Assembly: GCF_009914755.1 (NCBI RefSeq)
Contig: NC_060938.1
Origin: the human T2T-CHM13v2.0 reference genome, Homo sapiens
DNA length: 64,000 nt
Reading direction: 5' to 3' (one strand)
The translations under genes and the position numbers were made by a program. Position 1 is the first letter of the stretch. Every line of letters begins with the position of its first letter. Positions 58,400 to 64,000 of this stretch are shown piece by piece. The notes beneath the pieces are model-generated. The model did not search any database. It saw nothing but the letters and a program-made list of their open reading frames with translations, and was not told the DNA's origin.

Positions 58400-59690
58400 C
58401 GGTGCAAACGCCCCCGGCTCCCTCCTTTCCCAATTCACCCACTTCTTAATTTGAGTTTCTTAATGTGCAAGCGCCAGGGCCGGCTGTGGTCAGGCGGGCT
58501 ATTTTCTGGCAAGTGTGGCGCGGGGCTGGACGCCCCTGCCGGCGGGTCGCCGGGTCTCGAGCTGCGCCGCCCCGCTGGAGGCGCCGGGGCTGCCTGGCTC
58601 TCCGCGCAAACCTCGCGCCCTTCCGTTTGCGCGCATGGAGCCGGGTGAGGGCGGCCGCGGCCACCGCGCGATGGAGGATTTGGAAGCTCAGAGCCAGCTG
58701 GTACATTTTGAGAAATTTAGCAAACCAGACTGGGCTGCCTCGGAAACTGGGTTCTGTTCTGACTCATTTGCAGAAAAGTTATGGGGAAAAACATCTTGTA
58801 AAATTAAGGTTATGTTTGGCGGGTACAGTCTTGAGCGCACATGGTCATCCGGCGAATCAGCCAAGTTTTCCAAAGCGCCCCCTCTCCAGCTCTCAGGCCA
58901 GGGGAGCAAAGCGTAGGTGTGTGCGTGTGCGTGTGCGCGCGCGCGTGTCTCTGTGTCTGCGTGTGTGCTCGCAAGCGCGTGTGGGTTTGGGGTGGGGGGA
59001 CATCCTGACCTTTCTACACCCTAGTGCGTCCCAACTCCAGACTGGGAGGAGACGTCTGCGGCCTCTGGTCTTTTCCCTTCTTGGACGAGGTGCGGCCAGC
59101 TGAGACCTCACACCGGCCACCTCGGACCCAGTGCGCCGAGCTAGGGGAGACGGCGCGGGACTGGGGGACCCCTGGGATCCCGCCCTCGTAGCGGAAGGAG
59201 TGGCAGCCCTTGGTGCCGGGCCTGGTCCTTGAGGCTGCCGGCCCTCCGGGGCGCCAGGACTCGAGGACGCGGTTTGCCCCCGCAGTCCTAAGATCCCCGG
59301 GGCCGTGACAGCTTGGGGAAGGGGCAAACTCTGTTTGGTCTCCACGAAGTGCTTCGATGTTCGCAAAAGGGTAGGCCCCTCTTGCTTGGGGTCCTACACC
59401 CCTCGGAACTGGCTCTGCCCCTGCCTCTTCCCCAGCACAGTCTCCCAGCTAAGGCTCAGACAGCCGGGGAAAGGGGCGCCCCCATCACTATTCCCCACAA
59501 CCCGCCCCAGTGTGAGCCAGGGCGCGGCTGCAGGCTGACAGGCGCACCGTGACCACGCCGTCACTTCCCTTCACCAAAGGTTAGATGGGAGGCGTGCACC
59601 CTCTGGGGAGTTCGCAAAGCTTCTCGCTTTGATCAGCCGCGCGCAGTGCCAGGGAGAGATATTGCTGGGGTCTGAGTCCGTCGGAAGTGT
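58400..59690. promoter_or_regulatory. Upstream CpG island
   Basis: GC- and CpG-rich segment between AT-rich flanks. Confidence 0.85.
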
Positions 59691-61324
59691 CTAGAAAAGA
59701 AGAGAGAGGAGCAGGTAATCAGACTTTGGCGGCTGCCCTGGAGACACTTTCACACATCCAGCCTCGTGGAGGAGGAAGGACCCTGTTCTCCAAGGGCCAA
59801 CTGAATACACTCTCCTCCCTTGAGGCATAGCCTCACAGGAAAGCTCCTTCCACAAATGCACGCTTCCCTTTGCAGCCCTCAGTATGCTGGGGCCAGCTCT
59901 GCTGTCCCTCAATCAAGCATACCCCACTTTCTTCCCTGCTTCCATCGATTTATCTACAAATTTCCTGTAGACTTGCCACTTCTGTGATTTTGCCCACGGG
60001 CTAGGTAGCCTCTTCAAGGCTCTGAAGACAAGCAGGCCTGGAGATTTCCACGAAGCCCCAGGTGGCTCCTCTCCCTCCCTTAGGGCAGGTGAGTCTCTAG
60101 AACACTGTAACCTCCCTTTGGTGAGAGCCAACTATCAGCTACTTGGTGTGGTCTAGGAATCTTCTAGCCTCCTTTCCAGCTTCAATGTTAGATAAGCCTC
60201 CTTGCATGATGTATCCAGAGTTTCACTTGTTCCTTTTAAATACCTTTTTCAGATCGCAAACGTTGAAGTACTCAGTTACTATTTATCAACCAAGCCCTGG
60301 TTTCTGCTTTTGGTGAGGCCATGTGTGTCGGCTGGAATAAGGAGGGCACCAGGTCTCCTAGGGATAGCTTGAAGTCTAGATGTCTTACTTGCCCAACAAC
60401 ATAAGAGCAAAAACAGACTTGCTTCCATTTGTGGATCTGTTTCTTAGCATTTAACCTATGGATGCTTGGAGGCATCTTTATTAGCAAGTGTCTGACTTTG
60501 GATAGCCACTCAATAATGACATTCCTAATCATTTATTGAATACCATTTAAGCTAGTTCAACCACAGACAGTAACTCTTAGTCTAAATGGCAGTTTTCTGG
60601 CAGCTTATTCAACTACTGAACATGCAAAAAGTGAAAGATATCATTGCTTCCAATACTTAGCTCCCAAATATGACAATGAAAGCCATCACTTAAGGGACAC
60701 ACAGATCACCCCAAGTGTAGATAGTGTATTCTGGGTTACTGGAAGAGCAGTAACCCTTTTGATTATGCTCTCTTGTATTTGATGGACAAAATATGTCAGA
60801 TAAGCACAGAAGAAATAGGCATGGGATAGAGACCTTGAGTATCAACAGAATCATGGGCTTAAGTCTACCCTGACCTTTTCCTACTGTTTCAACCAAAAAG
60901 CAGAAGTAGTGGTTGAAGTGGTTGAAGTCTTTCTCTAACAAAAAGACATTCTCTACATGAGATATTCACCAAGGAATTGGAGGGACACCAAACAATTTCA
61001 TTATCATCAAGAAATATTTTTATTATCCTGGTAGTTGGCATTGGGTAGATATAACTTCAGTCAACTCTAGAGTCTTAATGAAAACATTTCAGTAAAAGCA
61101 AACATTTTACATTAGACCATATATTCTTAATCCAATCGCACATTTGAATCAATTTGGTTTATTACCCAATTTGTGCACACATGGTGGGATGGATAAATTT
61201 GTTTATTTTTCATATGCAAAAATATTTACTGAAGCCTCTGATTTGTCTAAAGATTTGTGATTATCAAGCCAGGACGTCTCTAGAGCATAAGTACTTTTTT
61301 GAAAGTTTTTTGTAACATGAACTC

Positions 61325-61400
61325 ACATTCATTCATTAATTCATGTATGCATTCAACAAGCATATCTGGGCACCTACTATGTAGTAGGCAATTGTCAGGA
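61325..61400 (-). mobile_element. L2 3'-end fragment
   Basis: CATTCATTCATT..CATTCAACAAGCAT..GCACCTACTATGT..AGGCA. Confidence 0.6.
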
Positions 61401-64000
61401 ATTGATTATGTCTAGAGGTTCGAATTTTTCTCATTTCAAATAATCCAATAGTTATAATAAACATTTGATCTAAAAGTTTTCATTGCTCTCTTTTTGCCGA
61501 AAATTAAGCCTGGAGAGATTTGTCCATTGCTCTAGGGTGTAAGGACTTGTATTGCTCATCCACAGCAGTGCTCCTAGGGAAAACTGTAGGAGTTGTTTGC
61601 ATGAATTGACAAAAGTATATGACTCTTAATGTTCAAATCTAATTCGTTTCTAAAAAATAAAATCACAAGGCAGCTGAGTGTATGGTTTATTATGTGTTTA
61701 GATTATGTGCTCCTCAGTAAAAAATACTTTTTTTTGGATTAGGAATAAAAACAAACTTTAGATTTAACTCTGTATTCTTTTAGTTCATCTCTAAAAGATA
61801 GAGACTATATGTGCATGTATGCCATCATTACATTCTTATCTTATTTCAAAGAGAATGCAAAAAAAGTATTCAAATAATTATAAATACAATTTATTTTTTT
61901 AAAACCCCCTTTCTGGGCTAGAAGTAGTTACTGTTATTTATTTTTGTCCATTTTAGCTTCAACTACTTGCCAGTCCTAGAAATTAATGGGTTTAATTTCC
62001 CCTCGAATTTAGGACTTTTCTAGTAACAACTTACACTCAAATGTAGTCTTTCTTATAAAGATTCTCCCCCTCTCTATTTTATTTGCTTTCCATTCATAAC
62101 ACAGACATTACCATGAAAGTTTTCATTGGTTATCGATGGAGTTATTGAATGTGGTAATCAAACAACAGATTAAAACTGAGTCTCCATGAGGTGACCAGTG
62201 CATGAAGGTTTCTTTTTTTCTGAAGAAATCTCACAGGAAGAATTAAATGCTACCTCTTACAAATCAGTCCTACTGATCTAGTGTGTGTCTGGACACACCA
62301 GAGTCTTTGAGACACATCCTCACCAATAGTACTTTACCTTCTGGGTATGAATTGTGGGTCATGGTGCCTGTGCATAGCCTGTGGTCTGTAGAGAAGCCAT
62401 ATTGATTAATACTTTTCATGCAAATTATTCAGAAGGTTGAGGGTTTTTTTTTTAATCCCCAAACCTCTAAAAACTCATTCTTTATTTTTCAAATTTGGTC
62501 TTTTTAATTTCCTTCACAGCTAAGAGGATATGAGAGCCCCTTTGTTCTGGAGCTGCTGATTCTGGTATTCAAGGTGTTTGTTTGTTCCAAGGACTGCACT
62601 TACGATTTTAAAGTGCCATAAATTCTTCGTACTAAGCTCCTATGGTCTTTATACCACCTTACCAGTTTAGATTATGTGATCTGAAGAATGAAAAAAAAGT
62701 TTTTATGAGACTAGGTAGCTATTCGTATTATAAATATGAATTTATTAAATTTAACTGGCAAAAAGATCTATTATGAGTAAAGAAGGTGAAAATACAAGCT
62801 TAAAATATTCAGGACTGAGAATAGAGCATTTAATTTCTGATTCTCTCTGTAGGTGGGGTGTGAAATAGAATGCTAGTGTTGCTGATGCCAGAATGGTGCC
62901 TATTTTTACACTTCCGTAAGAGATGTGGGCAATGGAAAGGGATACTTATGGAAGTACAACAGGGTTTACGTAAAAGTTCATTAGGCTTCAGGAGGGTAGC
63001 ATTTGCCTTATGGAAGAGAGTGGGTCTCTTGATGCCCAAAATATATATGAGAAAGACAGCGAAGTGAAAAGGAGATGAGAATCCAGACACTCCATCAGCA
63101 GCCTTACTCTGTGACAGACCCAGAGGCAACTCCAAAGCCACGAGGGCAACTGCCTGTTCAGTTTGCCAAAGAGCCAGATGCTGTTGCTTGGAAGAATCTC
63201 TTCCACAGCTTGATGTCTGGGTCCTGTGATTGCCATCCAAAGAACAGTGGTGGGGCATGCTGGGATGAATGCAATCCCGGCATCCCACTACAGTGTTTTC
63301 TTTTTTAAAAAGAGTCATTTTAAATTAAACAAGTTTTAAAACTCACATATTATTTTCGAAAATGTAAAAAGGAAATTGGAGGATAATAGTACAAGGCAAG
63401 GCTGTCTATTTGAAAAAAAATCCTCTTGAAACTTAACTTTGCTTATGGGTCATTTTAAATTATCCCATGAGGAATGGGACATTTAGAAGAGACAAAAGAC
63501 CATCCACCATTCACAGTGATGACATAAAAATCACTACAATACAGAAGAATGGTGATACGAATAATACTTATTATGTTATTCACTATGATCATTTACAATA
63601 TTTATTTAAATAAAATAAAAGTAAGATATTCGATACTGTGTTTTGTAATAGAATTTTGATTGTGAGTGCCACTGAACATATGCCTAAATAAAAAAGGCAG
63701 TAAGAAAAATTATTAGTGACATTTAAGGGGAAAAATCATGACTGCCTGAGTGTCTGATGAGTCACTGACATCTCTTCTTAAATATTATCAGTATTGTCAC
63801 ATGAAGCAACATCTCTCTTTTTCAAAATATGTGTTAATATTTGCTGTGTTGTAGCTAAGTGAATAATAGCTGCTGTATGTCTTTGAGTCACTCAGACTAC
63901 TTCAACAAATGAATGTCATTTGATCCTAGCATACAGCCAACACCTTTGCTCTTTCCGTGTAATCTTTTATTTTTTTTAATTATGGGATTTTTTTTCCCCT

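Noticed and set aside
58465-59366. 212-aa and 157-aa ORFs
   Set aside because: CpG-island and dinucleotide-repeat translations.

Overview
Human (primate) genomic DNA containing the complete OTX2 homeobox gene on the minus strand. It has three coding exons (47247-47151, 46154 or 46130-45979, 44146-43526) giving 297-aa and 289-aa isoforms from tandem splice acceptors 24 nt apart. Also visible are non-coding 5' exons, three candidate promoters (distal ~52.25 kb, intermediate ~49.83 kb, proximal ~47.45 kb), a possible far-distal exon near 58.4 kb, and the likely divergent start of OTX2-AS1 (~53.8 kb, + strand). The left 35 kb (3' flank) holds about 25 Alus plus old L1, L2, MIR, MER5, MADE1 and MaLR fragments. 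The right 29 kb has no recognisable Alu and carries several CpG islands. Most notable observations: (1) the 40 codons before the OTX2 ATG are stop-free and are joined in frame either to a 3-codon AUG uORF ending in a single TAA (distal promoter) or to a fully open exon carrying a (GGGGCTGC)5 repeat (intermediate promoter), suggesting promoter-dependent translational control or N-terminal extension; (2) a near-perfect 38-bp inverted repeat at 49059-49148 inside the 5' intron; (3) a double poly(A) signal in exon 1 next to a weak U1 donor. The functional readings are hypotheses from manual reading; no searches or folding were run, and repeat boundaries are approximate.
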